From Cyanobacteria bacterium auto_48_18 (GTDB lineage: Bacteria; Cyanobacteriota; Vampirovibrionia; Obscuribacterales; Obscuribacteraceae), in NCBI GenBank assembly GCA_036170915.1, contig JAVHQC010000033.1, forward strand, positions 256,001 to 320,000: DNA of 64,000 bases. Direction: 5' to 3'. Under the pieces are notes generated by a model that was not told the DNA's origin, did no database searches, and saw nothing but the letters and a program-made list of their open reading frames with translations. Shown here one piece after another: positions 1 to 9,960 of this stretch (position 1 is the stretch's first letter; every line of letters begins with the position of its first letter). The position numbers and the translations under genes were made by a program.

Positions 1-20
1 AATCGACGACAGAATTTTAG

Positions 21-854
21 TTACTTATATGTTTGCGTTTGTGTATTCACAAGCTCGCGGGCGCGTTCAGCAGCCTTAACTACAGCTTTGATCAGGGTCA
101 CTCGCAGTTTGCCTTCTTCGAGTTCCATCAAGCCGTCTATGGTACAGCCGGCTGGAGTTGTGACTGTGTCTTTAAGCATGGCCGGATGTGACTTAGAATC
201 GAGCACCATTTTTGCTGCACCATACATTGTTTGCGCGGCTAGAAGAGTTGCAGTTTCGCGTGCGATACCAAGCTTAACACCAGCTTCGGCTAGAGATTCA
301 ATCACTACATACAAGTAAGCAGGGCCGCTGGCCGATAGTGCAGTGACGGCATCCATAAGCGACTCATCAACAAAAACTGTTTCGCCCACGCATTTAAAAA
401 TCGCCTCAGCCACTGCCAGTTGATCTTCTTTAGCGTGGCTGCCACCACAAAGACCTGCCATACCGGCGTTAATGATCGACGGAGTGTTCGGCATGGCCCG
501 CACCACGGCAATTTTGTCATTTAAGCGTTCTTGTACAAATGCAGTGGTGACCGATGCTGCCACAGAGATTACCAGTTGCTTTTCGGTAATAACGTCTTTC
601 AATTCTTTCAAGACGCGGTCCATATTTTGTGGTTTGACAGCCAGCAAAATTATGTCTTTACCCTTGATTGTGGCGCGGTTATCCTGGCTCACCTGAATGC
701 CCAGTTTTTTTTCTACCCGCTCAACTGATGTACTTTTTCCCACGCTGCCGCTCACGTCTTTAGCTGTCAGTTCGCTGTTTTTAAGCAAACCAGAAATGAG
801 AGCCTCACCCAGTTTTCCTACTCCGACTACTGCGAGAGTTTTACCTTTCAACAT
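21..854 (-). CDS. proC: Pyrroline-5-carboxylate reductase
   Basis: GVGKLG Rossmann motif, LAVKPQ, RAMPNTP, SASGPAY, TTPAGCT motifs; 277 aa. Confidence 0.95.
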   Translation of the reverse strand: MLKGKTLAVVGVGKLGEALISGLLKNSELTAKDVSGSVGKSTSVERVEKKLGIQVSQDNRATIKGKDIILLAVKPQNMDRVLKELKDVITEKQLVISVAASVTTAFVQERLNDKIAVVRAMPNTPSIINAGMAGLCGGSHAKEDQLAVAEAIFKCVGETVFVDESLMDAVTALSASGPAYLYVVIESLAEAGVKLGIARETATLLAAQTMYGAAKMVLDSKSHPAMLKDTVTTPAGCTIDGLMELEEGKLRVTLIKAVVKAAERARELVNTQTQTYK

Positions 855-864
855 TTTATTGGCC

Positions 865-1851
865 TCAGTTATTTGTGGTCAGAACTATTTTTCCTGTTGA
901 GTTGCGGCTTTCCAAAAGCTCATGAGCTTTGGCTGCTTGGTCTAAAGGAAAAACATGTTCAACATTGAGCTTGAGCCAACCTGATTTGATGGCGTGAATG
1001 ACTTCGCTCGAACGAGTTAAGAGTTCATCACGATCACGCAAGTGATTACCAAGGCTTCCGCCTGATATTGTCAGTGAGCGCTGCTGCAGTGAGTTTGGTG
1101 CGATCGGTTCGGCTGGCCCGCTGGCTGAGCCGAAAAGCACCACATGGCCGTGGTTGGCTGCGGCTTCTAGTGAGCCGGGGAAAGTTGTTTTTCCCACCCC
1201 GTCGATTACCATCTGACAGCCTACACCGTTGGTAATTTTGTGCACTTCTTCCACAAAATCTTGGCTGGTGTAGTCAATAACGTAATCGGCGCCACAGTTT
1301 TTTGCTATTTCAGCTTTGGCTGCAGATGAGACTGTGCCTATTACTGTGGCTCTAAGATGTTTAAGCCATCGCACCAGAAGCTGGCCCATGCCGCCGGCGG
1401 CTGCGTGCACAAGCACCGTGTCTGAACCTTTGATTTTATGAAAATCGTTGATCAGATAGTGGGCAGTCATTCCCTGCAAGGGCAGTGCGGCGCCGTCTTC
1501 AAATGAGAGTTCGGCAGGCAGCGGAATTAAGTCTTGTGCCTTAACCAGGGCTGCTTCAGCGTAAGCGCCAATGTTGCCGGAGTAAGCTACACGGTCGCCT
1601 ACTTTGACGCAATCAACATCTTTGCCGATGGCCTCGACAATGCCGGAAGCTTCCAGTCCTGGAGTGTATGGCAAAGGCATGGTGTAACGGCCGATACGCT
1701 GGTAGATATCGATAAAATTGATACCGCAGGCTTTGATTTTGACCAGTGCCTGTCCAGGACCAGGCGCGGCTAGTTCAAAAACACTATACTTGAGAACGCT
1801 AGGGCCGCCATTTTCGGTTACTACAATGCCCTTGACTTTGCTTGCTGTCAT
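865..1851 (-). CDS. qor: NADPH:quinone oxidoreductase (zeta-crystallin/MDR family)
   Basis: GINFID, PGLEASG, HAAAGGMG, GKIVL motifs; start moved to ATG at 1851 (MTASK, 328 aa) because the longer ORF overlaps the divergent gene. Confidence 0.88.
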   Translation of the reverse strand: MTASKVKGIVVTENGGPSVLKYSVFELAAPGPGQALVKIKACGINFIDIYQRIGRYTMPLPYTPGLEASGIVEAIGKDVDCVKVGDRVAYSGNIGAYAEAALVKAQDLIPLPAELSFEDGAALPLQGMTAHYLINDFHKIKGSDTVLVHAAAGGMGQLLVRWLKHLRATVIGTVSSAAKAEIAKNCGADYVIDYTSQDFVEEVHKITNGVGCQMVIDGVGKTTFPGSLEAAANHGHVVLFGSASGPAEPIAPNSLQQRSLTISGGSLGNHLRDRDELLTRSSEVIHAIKSGWLKLNVEHVFPLDQAAKAHELLESRNSTGKIVLTTNN

Positions 1852-1923
1852 AATCACCATTTGACTTATACTTAAACAGTTAATGAATATACCGCACAAC
1901 AGTAGCATAAGAAGCTTATATGA

Positions 1924-4704
1924 ATGATTGCTGAAGCTGAAGTGAAAAGCCCACTGGACAAGCGTTTCTGGTTTGCCGCTGCATTTCTTGCCACTCTCGT
2001 CATCATTGGTTATGGCTATTGTCTCAGCGGATATTTTCTCGCGGATGATACCTGGCAGGTGCAGTTCGCTTACCGCGTAATGCACGGTGAATCACATCTT
2101 TTATTCGACAATTTTAAACAGAGTTATTTGAGCCTGCCGGCATTAGATTTTTACCGGCCCTTGCTTGGAGTTACTTACCTTTTCGACTATTTGCTCTATG
2201 GCATGAATGCCTGGGGCTATTATCTAACCAACTGCATTTTTGCTTACCTGGCGGCCCTCTTTTTCTTCATGTCAGTGCGGGCACTGACAGCCGATTTTGG
2301 TACAAATCGATCTTTTTACTGCGCACTATCTGCGGCGGCGTTGTTCGCCTCTTCACCCTTGCACTGCGAAGACATCTGCTGGATTTCTGGTAGGGCCGAT
2401 CTTCTCGCGGCGGTATTTTATTTGCCGGCTCTTTATTTGGCAATTTTGAGCTGGCGATCTAGCAGTAGCAAACACTCTGTGGAGCTGTATCTCTGGTCGA
2501 TTTTATTCTATGTGCTCTCGCTTATGAGCAAAGAGTCGGCTGTGGGATTGCCTGTGCTGGTGGCAGCGTTGCCTTTAGTATGTCTGCCTGCGCTGCGCGC
2601 TAATTCAAAGTCGCAGGCGTCGTCGTCGTCTCAAGCAAGCGCTTCAACTGACACTACCGGTAGTGCAGATTCTTCTTCTTCTTCTTCTTCTTCTCCAGTT
2701 TCAACTGCTTCAGCTTCAACATCGCGTAAAAGCAAGCGGGCGAAGAAATATAATACCGCCGGTGATGCTGCTCCAGTTTCGGCCCCCGATCCGGTTTTAG
2801 CTCCTCAATCGGTAGAGCCCCAGCCGGCTGTCGGCGAGTTGACTAAAAAAGAACTATTCAGCCGCTGGTGGAGATTTTCTCTGCCTTATTTTTTAATACT
2901 GATTCCTTACTTTATTATCCGTACCATTTCACTGGGTAGCCCCATTGGTGGTTACACCGGAGACATGGGTAAGGCACTCTCTCGCTGGTTGTTCTATCGC
3001 TGGGTCGACCCGACAACGCTCTGGCGTCTGATTTTCCCGCTGCCCCATGTCATTTTTCCCGATCCTCATATTTACATTCAGGTTGTTGTTTGTCTCTACG
3101 CTGCCATATTTGGGCTGCTGATTGTTCGACTGGTGACTCAGCGTTTAAATTGGAGCGGTTTGCTTTTTGTGGCAATCATGGCTTTCCAGGCGCTGCTACC
3201 GCTGTATAAACTCTGGGGTCTTGATCAAGATATGCACAACCAGCGTATCTATTATTTCCTCACCATGGCTCTGGCTTTGTTTTTGCCCTGGCTGGTTTTT
3301 GCACCTAAACTAGCCGATCGCAAAGCTGCAGCGGCCAATTCGCTGGCTTTACCAATGGGTGTAGAGGCCTTACTTGATGCGGCGGCAGCATTTTTGTTTG
3401 GCACCATCGCCCTCATATTTGCCTTTGTCAGTTTTGCCGTCACAGCCAGTTGGGTGGACGCCGGCACGCAGGTAAAGGCGCTCAGAGCGCGCTCTATTGA
3501 GCTTGTGGCAGCAAATGAGAAACCGGTTATGGTGCTTGGTATTCCCAAAGGTTTGGCTGCCGCTCATATTCTTTTATGCGGTTTTTGCTTCAAAGAATTG
3601 TTTGAACCACCTTTTACAGAGAAGTCTATTTCAGACCGACTGCTCACATTTCATAGCTGTGTAGCGGGGCCAGATGAGCCCATCAATACCACACGCTTTA
3701 AAGAATGTTTGCTTGATCCCAATGTGACCGGGCCATTTTTGTGGTCAACCACTAAAAAAGCGTATACGAAAATTGAATATGACAAATTGGTGCGCGACTT
3801 CACCAAGCCGATTGAGTTAAAAGTCTCGGCCAAACCTGTGCTTGGTCAATTTGCTCCACTGCCTGGCGTGCAAGGAGCAATTATGGTTGGCACCAAAGAC
3901 GGTGTCGATGCCCTGGCCCTGCGTGAAATCAAAAAGGGTGGTGGCATGGTTGCTGAAGGTCTGGATATTAATCCACTGGAGGCTGACTATCTTGGCTTTG
4001 ATATCGCACTGCAACCGGGGTACACGGTGTATACGGTTTCGGCCCATTTTGATGATAAAGAACCCGGCTCTCCTTTTGAAGGCGACGCTCAAATTGTGCA
4101 GGCAGTTGCGGTGGAGCCTACCAAAAATGTACCTGATAAAGACGACCGCGATGCTGATGGAAATTTGAAAATGAAGTGGGTCCACGTCAATATGCACGTC
4201 TCGCATTTTTGGCGCTGGTATGCCCATAAAAAGATTCGTCGTATGAAGTTGGCCTTTACTGAGGCGGACCACCTGGTAGTCAAGAATCTGCGCTTTTTCA
4301 GTGATTTCGATTATGTCCCCAAGCTAGCCATGCAAGGTCTGAAACGCCGTGCCAGTGGAGAGTATGTGGTGGGCAAAGAACCAATAAAAGTTTGGCTTGA
4401 TTCGTCTTATATTCCGCAGTCGAAGCGCATGCAGCTTGTGATTACCTATGTAAACGAGTCGTTTGACAATTTCCTCTTTTTTGATGAGCAACCCGGCAGT
4501 TCTGTGGAGGCCGAGCGTTTGGAATGTGCGCATAATTCTGGCGTGGTGGAAATTCCCAGCAAGCTTTACCAGGCCACTGGTTACTACGAAATCAAAGCCA
4601 GGGCTCTTGACGAGGGTGGACTGCCAGTGGGCGACTGGTCGGATGTAATCACCATCTATCGACCGTCTGATAAGGGTCCTGCGCCTTACTACGCCAGCAA
4701 TTAA
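1924..4704 (+). CDS. Multi-pass membrane GT-C-like glycosyltransferase with large C-terminal soluble domain
   Basis: LADD after TM1, FYRPL, WISGRADLL and SKES motifs typical of PMT/TMTC-like GT-C proteins; many hydrophobic segments. Confidence 0.65.
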   Translation: MIAEAEVKSPLDKRFWFAAAFLATLVIIGYGYCLSGYFLADDTWQVQFAYRVMHGESHLLFDNFKQSYLSLPALDFYRPLLGVTYLFDYLLYGMNAWGYYLTNCIFAYLAALFFFMSVRALTADFGTNRSFYCALSAAALFASSPLHCEDICWISGRADLLAAVFYLPALYLAILSWRSSSSKHSVELYLWSILFYVLSLMSKESAVGLPVLVAALPLVCLPALRANSKSQASSSSQASASTDTTGSADSSSSSSSSPVSTASASTSRKSKRAKKYNTAGDAAPVSAPDPVLAPQSVEPQPAVGELTKKELFSRWWRFSLPYFLILIPYFIIRTISLGSPIGGYTGDMGKALSRWLFYRWVDPTTLWRLIFPLPHVIFPDPHIYIQVVVCLYAAIFGLLIVRLVTQRLNWSGLLFVAIMAFQALLPLYKLWGLDQDMHNQRIYYFLTMALALFLPWLVFAPKLADRKAAAANSLALPMGVEALLDAAAAFLFGTIALIFAFVSFAVTASWVDAGTQVKALRARSIELVAANEKPVMVLGIPKGLAAAHILLCGFCFKELFEPPFTEKSISDRLLTFHSCVAGPDEPINTTRFKECLLDPNVTGPFLWSTTKKAYTKIEYDKLVRDFTKPIELKVSAKPVLGQFAPLPGVQGAIMVGTKDGVDALALREIKKGGGMVAEGLDINPLEADYLGFDIALQPGYTVYTVSAHFDDKEPGSPFEGDAQIVQAVAVEPTKNVPDKDDRDADGNLKMKWVHVNMHVSHFWRWYAHKKIRRMKLAFTEADHLVVKNLRFFSDFDYVPKLAMQGLKRRASGEYVVGKEPIKVWLDSSYIPQSKRMQLVITYVNESFDNFLFFDEQPGSSVEAERLECAHNSGVVEIPSKLYQATGYYEIKARALDEGGLPVGDWSDVITIYRPSDKGPAPYYASN
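2671..2694 (+). repeat. (TCT)8 in-frame microsatellite encoding poly-Ser
   Basis: Eight perfect TCT units read directly. Confidence 0.9.
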
Positions 4705-4800
4705 ACTGGCTGAAAACGTTGTCAGTGTTACCAATGAGCTTGATCCGTAGCTTTAATTCACCGATAATCACATATCAGCAGATTCAGGCAAAGGTGCCAC

Positions 4801-6867
4801 ATGTATCGTCCGAAGAAATACGTACGTCTCGAGCCTCTGTCGCGTACACCAAGACTGGCCGATATTCGCAATCTTCTTGAAGAAGGGCGCAAGTCGCGTT
4901 CGTGTACCATCGAGCAGCCCTGGAAATCTGAAAAGATGAAACTCGCCTTCAGTTTGACTGTGCGGGTAGAACTGGGTAGTACCAGCGAGCCAATCTGGAC
5001 GCTCTATGAAGGTGAAGGTAATAAATCGCGGGTCATGTGGAGTACCGGATTCGGCGATGTAGAGCTGCTCTATGACGTGCTTACATTGTCATTGCCGTCT
5101 GATGGGCCAAATATTTTTGATCCTAATTCGAGGCCTTCAAATTATGCGCCCACGGGCAGTACAACTAGCTCGCGCAGCGGTCAGCTCTTTAATCAGGCTG
5201 AAGAAGCCGTAGCCGAAAGTCAAAGTTTCAGCGCCAATAGCAGCTCAACATCAATGCCGGCGTTATCGAATAATGCAGGCGAACGACCCGCTTCTTTTTA
5301 TGAGTCTGGAGTTCATGCAGCCAACGCCAGCGATGCGTCTACAGCGTCGGGTTCGTACCCGCCTCATCTGGTCGAGAGTGAATTCTTTATTGCCGACCAA
5401 CCGACTGCTTTTGATAAACAGCAGCGCGAAAGTAAGATGCGCACCTCTGAATTCATGATCGAACCGACCAATGTCTCCATTGAGGTTGGCCAAGCACGCA
5501 CTGAAAGTCAGATGACTCCTCCAGCACACCCTGACATTGCCAGCCAGTTTCTATCTCAAGAAATTGCTATACCAACCCAATATTTCGAACAGCAAGCTGC
5601 TCAGCAACAAGCTAGTTCCCAGTCTGCACAGGCTTATCCGCCTGGTGGCCAGCCGCTTCCCCCAGGCCTACCCAGTCAAACTGGTCAACATCCAGTAAGC
5701 CAGCCTCCACCTGGTTATGCCTATCCACCTGGCTACAATTATCCACCGGTTCCCGGTCAACCTTATCCGCCGCAACCACCCTATCCTGTGCCAGTGCCAC
5801 CAGGTTATGTCTATCCACCAGGTTATCCGCCAGCAAATTACCCACCGGCAAATTATCCGCCTGGTTACGGTTACCCTCCAGGCTATCCATATCCTGCTCC
5901 CGCTTCCACTGTGCCTCTAAACTACGGCCCAGGTGGTGTGACGCCTCCAGATCCGTATGCTAATAATTTGATGATGCCCAATCCGGAGCTCATGAATAAG
6001 CGGCCTATGGTCATGCTAGGCACTTTCCTGGTTGAAGCTGGCCTTGTACCTAAAACCACTATTGATGCCGCTTTACAGGTGCAAACTCTGGTTAGTCAGG
6101 GTACACTATCGGCAATGAAAGCAGCTGAAGCCGTGCGTCGCGCGCACCAGCGTGGTGGCTTTGTCGAGCCTGAGAATATTCAATCAACTGTTCCTCCCAA
6201 CGACTCTGTGGTGCGTGTAAAACCCCAGCTAGGTCAGGTTCTTGTCATGGCAGGTATTATTTCAGCTGCTCAATTGAAAGCTGGTTTACGCATGCAAGAT
6301 GCAATGCGCACTGGCGCACTGACTATGGAACAGGCAGTCACTACTTTGCATAATGAATTAGGCAATGAAGCTAAGCCGAAAGTGTCGGAGCCTAACGAAG
6401 CTGACAATATTCAAGCGCGCAGTCAAACTCGCAGCCAGACGGGCTCAGGTCAAAGCGCAAGTCAGTCTACAAGCCAATCTAAAAGCCAAGCTACAAGCCA
6501 GTCTATCAGCCAGACTATGAGTCAAGCGATCAGTCAAACAAACTCGGTACCTGCCGAAGTCGAAGAACCAGATTCAGAAGAAGTGAAGAAGGCACTGACT
6601 TTGCTTACGCAAGTTGGACTGCTTACCGAAACTGATCTAGAAGCTGCCAGTCGCGTGCGCACCACCCGTGGTGGTGAGCTGACCAGAATATTAATGGCTG
6701 CGGGCAAGTTGGATAAACTGACTATCGAGGCGGCCACAGCATGTCAGCGTTATATTGACGGCGGCCAGTTGCGCGCAGATCAGGCCATAATGGCACTTCT
6801 GTATTGTCAGCGCATGCGCGTGCCATTTGAAGAAGCAACTAGCGAACTCAATTTAGATACTAAATAG
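4801..6867 (+). CDS. Hypothetical protein with Pro/Tyr/Gly-rich linker and C-terminal MshEN/GspE-N-like helical repeats
   Basis: 688 aa ORF; LGTFLVEAGLVPKTTIDAALQVQ and LGQVLVMAGIISAAQLKAGLRMQ; PPGY repeats. Confidence 0.7.
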   Translation: MYRPKKYVRLEPLSRTPRLADIRNLLEEGRKSRSCTIEQPWKSEKMKLAFSLTVRVELGSTSEPIWTLYEGEGNKSRVMWSTGFGDVELLYDVLTLSLPSDGPNIFDPNSRPSNYAPTGSTTSSRSGQLFNQAEEAVAESQSFSANSSSTSMPALSNNAGERPASFYESGVHAANASDASTASGSYPPHLVESEFFIADQPTAFDKQQRESKMRTSEFMIEPTNVSIEVGQARTESQMTPPAHPDIASQFLSQEIAIPTQYFEQQAAQQQASSQSAQAYPPGGQPLPPGLPSQTGQHPVSQPPPGYAYPPGYNYPPVPGQPYPPQPPYPVPVPPGYVYPPGYPPANYPPANYPPGYGYPPGYPYPAPASTVPLNYGPGGVTPPDPYANNLMMPNPELMNKRPMVMLGTFLVEAGLVPKTTIDAALQVQTLVSQGTLSAMKAAEAVRRAHQRGGFVEPENIQSTVPPNDSVVRVKPQLGQVLVMAGIISAAQLKAGLRMQDAMRTGALTMEQAVTTLHNELGNEAKPKVSEPNEADNIQARSQTRSQTGSGQSASQSTSQSKSQATSQSISQTMSQAISQTNSVPAEVEEPDSEEVKKALTLLTQVGLLTETDLEAASRVRTTRGGELTRILMAAGKLDKLTIEAATACQRYIDGGQLRADQAIMALLYCQRMRVPFEEATSELNLDTK

Positions 6868-7733
6868 TGCCTGACGCCTTTGATAAAGTAGTTTTATTTG
6901 GAGTGGGACAGACTGCCCTTGCGGTGCTATCTGCCCTGAAATCTACACCTTCTGCTGCAGGCCTTGAAATATGGGGCACAACCAGAGCGCATTCAGGTGA
7001 CGCACTGCAAGCCCTGGGTGTGAAACCAATTTTGCTTAATGTCACAGGCGACGATGGGGCCGCCAGTATGAAACTACTCAAAGAGGCCTGTGCTGACGCC
7101 TGCGTGCTAATTTCCTTTCCACCAGACGAGCAGTCAGAACATTTTTTCTTTGATACTATTAGTGGTGCTCGCAAAATCATTTATATTTCTTCGACCGGAG
7201 TGTATGGCTCGCTCACTGGTGTAATTGACGAAGATAGTCCTGTTGATCATAGCCAGCCGAGAGTGCAAGACAGGTTGAAAGCTGAAGCTCTCTGGCGCAG
7301 TGCCGGCGCCACAATTTTACGGGCTGCGGCTTTGTACGGCCCCCAGTCAGGTTTGCACAAAAGACTTCAGTCAGGCACATATCGACTGCCTGGCGACGGC
7401 AGCAATTTTGTCTCTCGCATTCATTTAGACGATCTTGCTGCAATTATTCTGGCGATTTTCAACAACAATTCTGAGCAAGGGCAGGGGGGGCGTATATATG
7501 TTGTCGCCGACCTGAAACCCGCCACTCATATTGAAGTAGTTACCTGGTTGTGCGAGAAACTAAATTTGCCCCTTCCACCATCGGCCTCTCTAACAGAAGT
7601 CAATGCCAGCTTAACGGGCAATCGCCGCATCAATTCCACTCGGGTGTTGAGTGATTTTGGCATCAAACTCACCTATCCGACATATGTCGAAGGATTTAGT
7701 CAGTGTCTTGCTGGAGTGCAATCTCAGGGCTAA
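6867..7733 (+). CDS. NAD-dependent epimerase/dehydratase (atypical SDR)
   Basis: FGVGQT, YISSTGVYG, LRAAALYGP, SRIHLDDL, YPTY motifs. Confidence 0.85.
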   Translation: MPDAFDKVVLFGVGQTALAVLSALKSTPSAAGLEIWGTTRAHSGDALQALGVKPILLNVTGDDGAASMKLLKEACADACVLISFPPDEQSEHFFFDTISGARKIIYISSTGVYGSLTGVIDEDSPVDHSQPRVQDRLKAEALWRSAGATILRAAALYGPQSGLHKRLQSGTYRLPGDGSNFVSRIHLDDLAAIILAIFNNNSEQGQGGRIYVVADLKPATHIEVVTWLCEKLNLPLPPSASLTEVNASLTGNRRINSTRVLSDFGIKLTYPTYVEGFSQCLAGVQSQG

Positions 7734-7742
7734 TTTAAGTAG

Positions 7743-9236
7743 CTAGCCGATGCGTCGCTTGCGGCAGTGAAATGGAAATTCAAAAGTGGTATTGCCCACT
7801 ACTACCTGCACGCAAACATCTTCGTCGCGGGGGTAAATGTAGAAGATCTCACCGGTGCGTGACTCTAAAGGCTCTAATGATATTGTAGTCAAACCTGCGT
7901 GCCGGGCTTGCTCATCGCGTACCAGGCCGGTATCGGTAGCGGTATCATCGTCTTCATTGCGATTGAAAATATTTTCCCTTGATGGATATACCGAAACTCT
8001 AGTTGGCACCGAATGTGATACCCCGGCCCACTCGCCCCAGACGCCGAAAACATTAGGTCCGCGAAAGAGATCGTGACCCTCAGCGGGCACTAGACCCCTG
8101 AAATTACGGGTCTTTTGAATATTGGCCAACCACGGTCGGTCCTGGGTTAGGTCCCACATATTGCGTTCTCGACGAATGCGGTCGATGATTTTGTGATCTA
8201 CATATGTCAACGGTGAGTTCAGTCTGATGCGACCGGAAGTTACGTCATTGGTGCTATGAAATGTTTGAATGCCACCAAGGCCTACAGATCTGCGATGGTC
8301 GTCTAAATTGGTTACGCACACTAGCACTCCCGCCAGTTCCCACAAATCTATCACCGTTACCGCTACTCTTACATTATTGGCGGTGATATAGCGCAAAGGA
8401 AATTCATTGTCGATAATCTCGTGAGAGCGCGGTGATCCAGGCTCCCAGCTGAACTTAACTTCGCCCGATAAAGAAGAAGGCTGATCGGCGCTAGAGAGTG
8501 CTTCTTTTAATTGGCAACTTTTCTCGAACAATTTCTGGGCGGTTTTGGTGCTACCGATTTTACGGAAAAATAATGCTTCCAGTCGCAGTTCCTCTGCCAG
8601 ATCTTGTTCTTTGTATCCCGGTTGTTCTGTTAGCGCCGTGCGCGCCTTTAAGAAATATTCTTTGGCGTCTTCGTTAAATCCTTGAGCCGCGAGAGCTCGA
8701 GCTAATCTTGAGAAGGTTAGGCCCCGTGCGGTTTCGTTGCCGCCTTCGGCTTTGCCTTTGCTTATTTTCTCTAAAATTTCTGAGGCGTCTCTTGCGTGCT
8801 GCTCTGCCAATTTGTCTTTATTTAAAGCCAACTCCGCTTCTGCCAATTCAGAATATGCATTGGCCACTTCTGCACTGCTCTTGCCGTATTCAGCGCTCAA
8901 TGCTCTGACTAAATTGTTGAGAGTTTCAAAAGCTTTTTGCGGTTTGCCCATGCGATTGAAAAGAAAACCTTGCAAATACCGCGATTGCAAATAGCGACTG
9001 CGCTCTGAAGTGGCTTGATTGGCCTCATGCAATGCCGCTGTGTTAAATTCGAATGCGTTTTGCCAGCGGCGCATTTCTACAGCTTTCAAAACTTCGTTGT
9101 GACAGCGCAAGTAGTGATCGTTGCGATGACTTTGCGAGTAAGCTGGTGGTGTCAAAGAGACAGAGCAACACAAGGTAACTGCAAAAATAAGCAAAGAGAG
9201 TGGCGAAAACTTATTCACGTTCTTTGACTTTTTCAC
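7743..9236 (-). CDS. Exported TPR-containing hypothetical protein
   Basis: Signal-peptide-like N-terminus, TPR-like helical repeats, beta-rich C-terminal domain. Confidence 0.65.
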   Translation of the reverse strand: MKKSKNVNKFSPLSLLIFAVTLCCSVSLTPPAYSQSHRNDHYLRCHNEVLKAVEMRRWQNAFEFNTAALHEANQATSERSRYLQSRYLQGFLFNRMGKPQKAFETLNNLVRALSAEYGKSSAEVANAYSELAEAELALNKDKLAEQHARDASEILEKISKGKAEGGNETARGLTFSRLARALAAQGFNEDAKEYFLKARTALTEQPGYKEQDLAEELRLEALFFRKIGSTKTAQKLFEKSCQLKEALSSADQPSSLSGEVKFSWEPGSPRSHEIIDNEFPLRYITANNVRVAVTVIDLWELAGVLVCVTNLDDHRRSVGLGGIQTFHSTNDVTSGRIRLNSPLTYVDHKIIDRIRRERNMWDLTQDRPWLANIQKTRNFRGLVPAEGHDLFRGPNVFGVWGEWAGVSHSVPTRVSVYPSRENIFNRNEDDDTATDTGLVRDEQARHAGLTTISLEPLESRTGEIFYIYPRDEDVCVQVVVGNTTFEFPFHCRKRRIG

Positions 9237-9843
9237 CGCTCTTCAAATTAATGGTGCCACCATTTTCGGTAGCAGATGATGATGCTGGTTTGTTGAAAGA
9301 AACTTTCACTGGTTCAAAAGCGTCGGCATTGTCGATACCGAAATAAGTTTCGCCTCTAAAGCCCATTGCTGGAGCCAAGAGGCATGATGGGAATGACTCG
9401 ATGGCAGTGTTCATTTCGCGCACATTGGCATTATAAAAACGACGAGCTTGTGAGATTCGAGTTTCAGTTTCGCCTAATTCAGTTTGCAATTGATTGAAAT
9501 TTTGATTAGCTTTCAAATCTGGATAAGCTTCAGAAAGTGCCATCAATTTGCCCAGCGCTCCACTTAACTGTGTCGAGGCCTGCGCCAGAGACTCCGGGCT
9601 GCCGCCACTCATGCCTTGATTGCGAGCGGCAATCACTGCTTCAAGCGTACTGCTCTCGTGTGTTGCATAACCTTGAACTGTTTCAACCAAATTGGGAATC
9701 AAATCAAAGCGCCGTCTCAATTCGGTTTCAATAGCTGACCAACTTTCGCGCACATTTTGTCGCAGCTTCACCAGGCCGTTGTACAAACCGATGGCATAGA
9801 TGAGCAACAATGCCACCACGCCAAGCACAATCCACGTTGTCAT
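9211..9843 (-). CDS. lemA: LemA family protein
   Basis: N-terminal TM, RRFDLIPNLV, EAYPDLKANQNF, ARRFYN motifs. Confidence 0.93.
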   Translation of the reverse strand: MTTWIVLGVVALLLIYAIGLYNGLVKLRQNVRESWSAIETELRRRFDLIPNLVETVQGYATHESSTLEAVIAARNQGMSGGSPESLAQASTQLSGALGKLMALSEAYPDLKANQNFNQLQTELGETETRISQARRFYNANVREMNTAIESFPSCLLAPAMGFRGETYFGIDNADAFEPVKVSFNKPASSSATENGGTINLKSGEKVKERE

Positions 9844-9960
9844 AAAGTATCCTCTTGATAAAGCCCGGGGAGCCTCTTGGAATTTATGGACCTAACTCCG
9901 TCTATAATAGCCATATCTCTATCTGAGTTTACCCGAGTTTAGCTGAGTGATGGGTGTGTA

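Noticed and set aside
1852..2085. N-terminal extension of the quinone oxidoreductase in the ORF track
   Set aside because: Overlaps the divergent membrane gene; family-like sequence begins at MTASKVKG.
2671..2694. Phase-variation switch at (TCT)8
   Set aside because: Trinucleotide unit; slippage keeps the frame.
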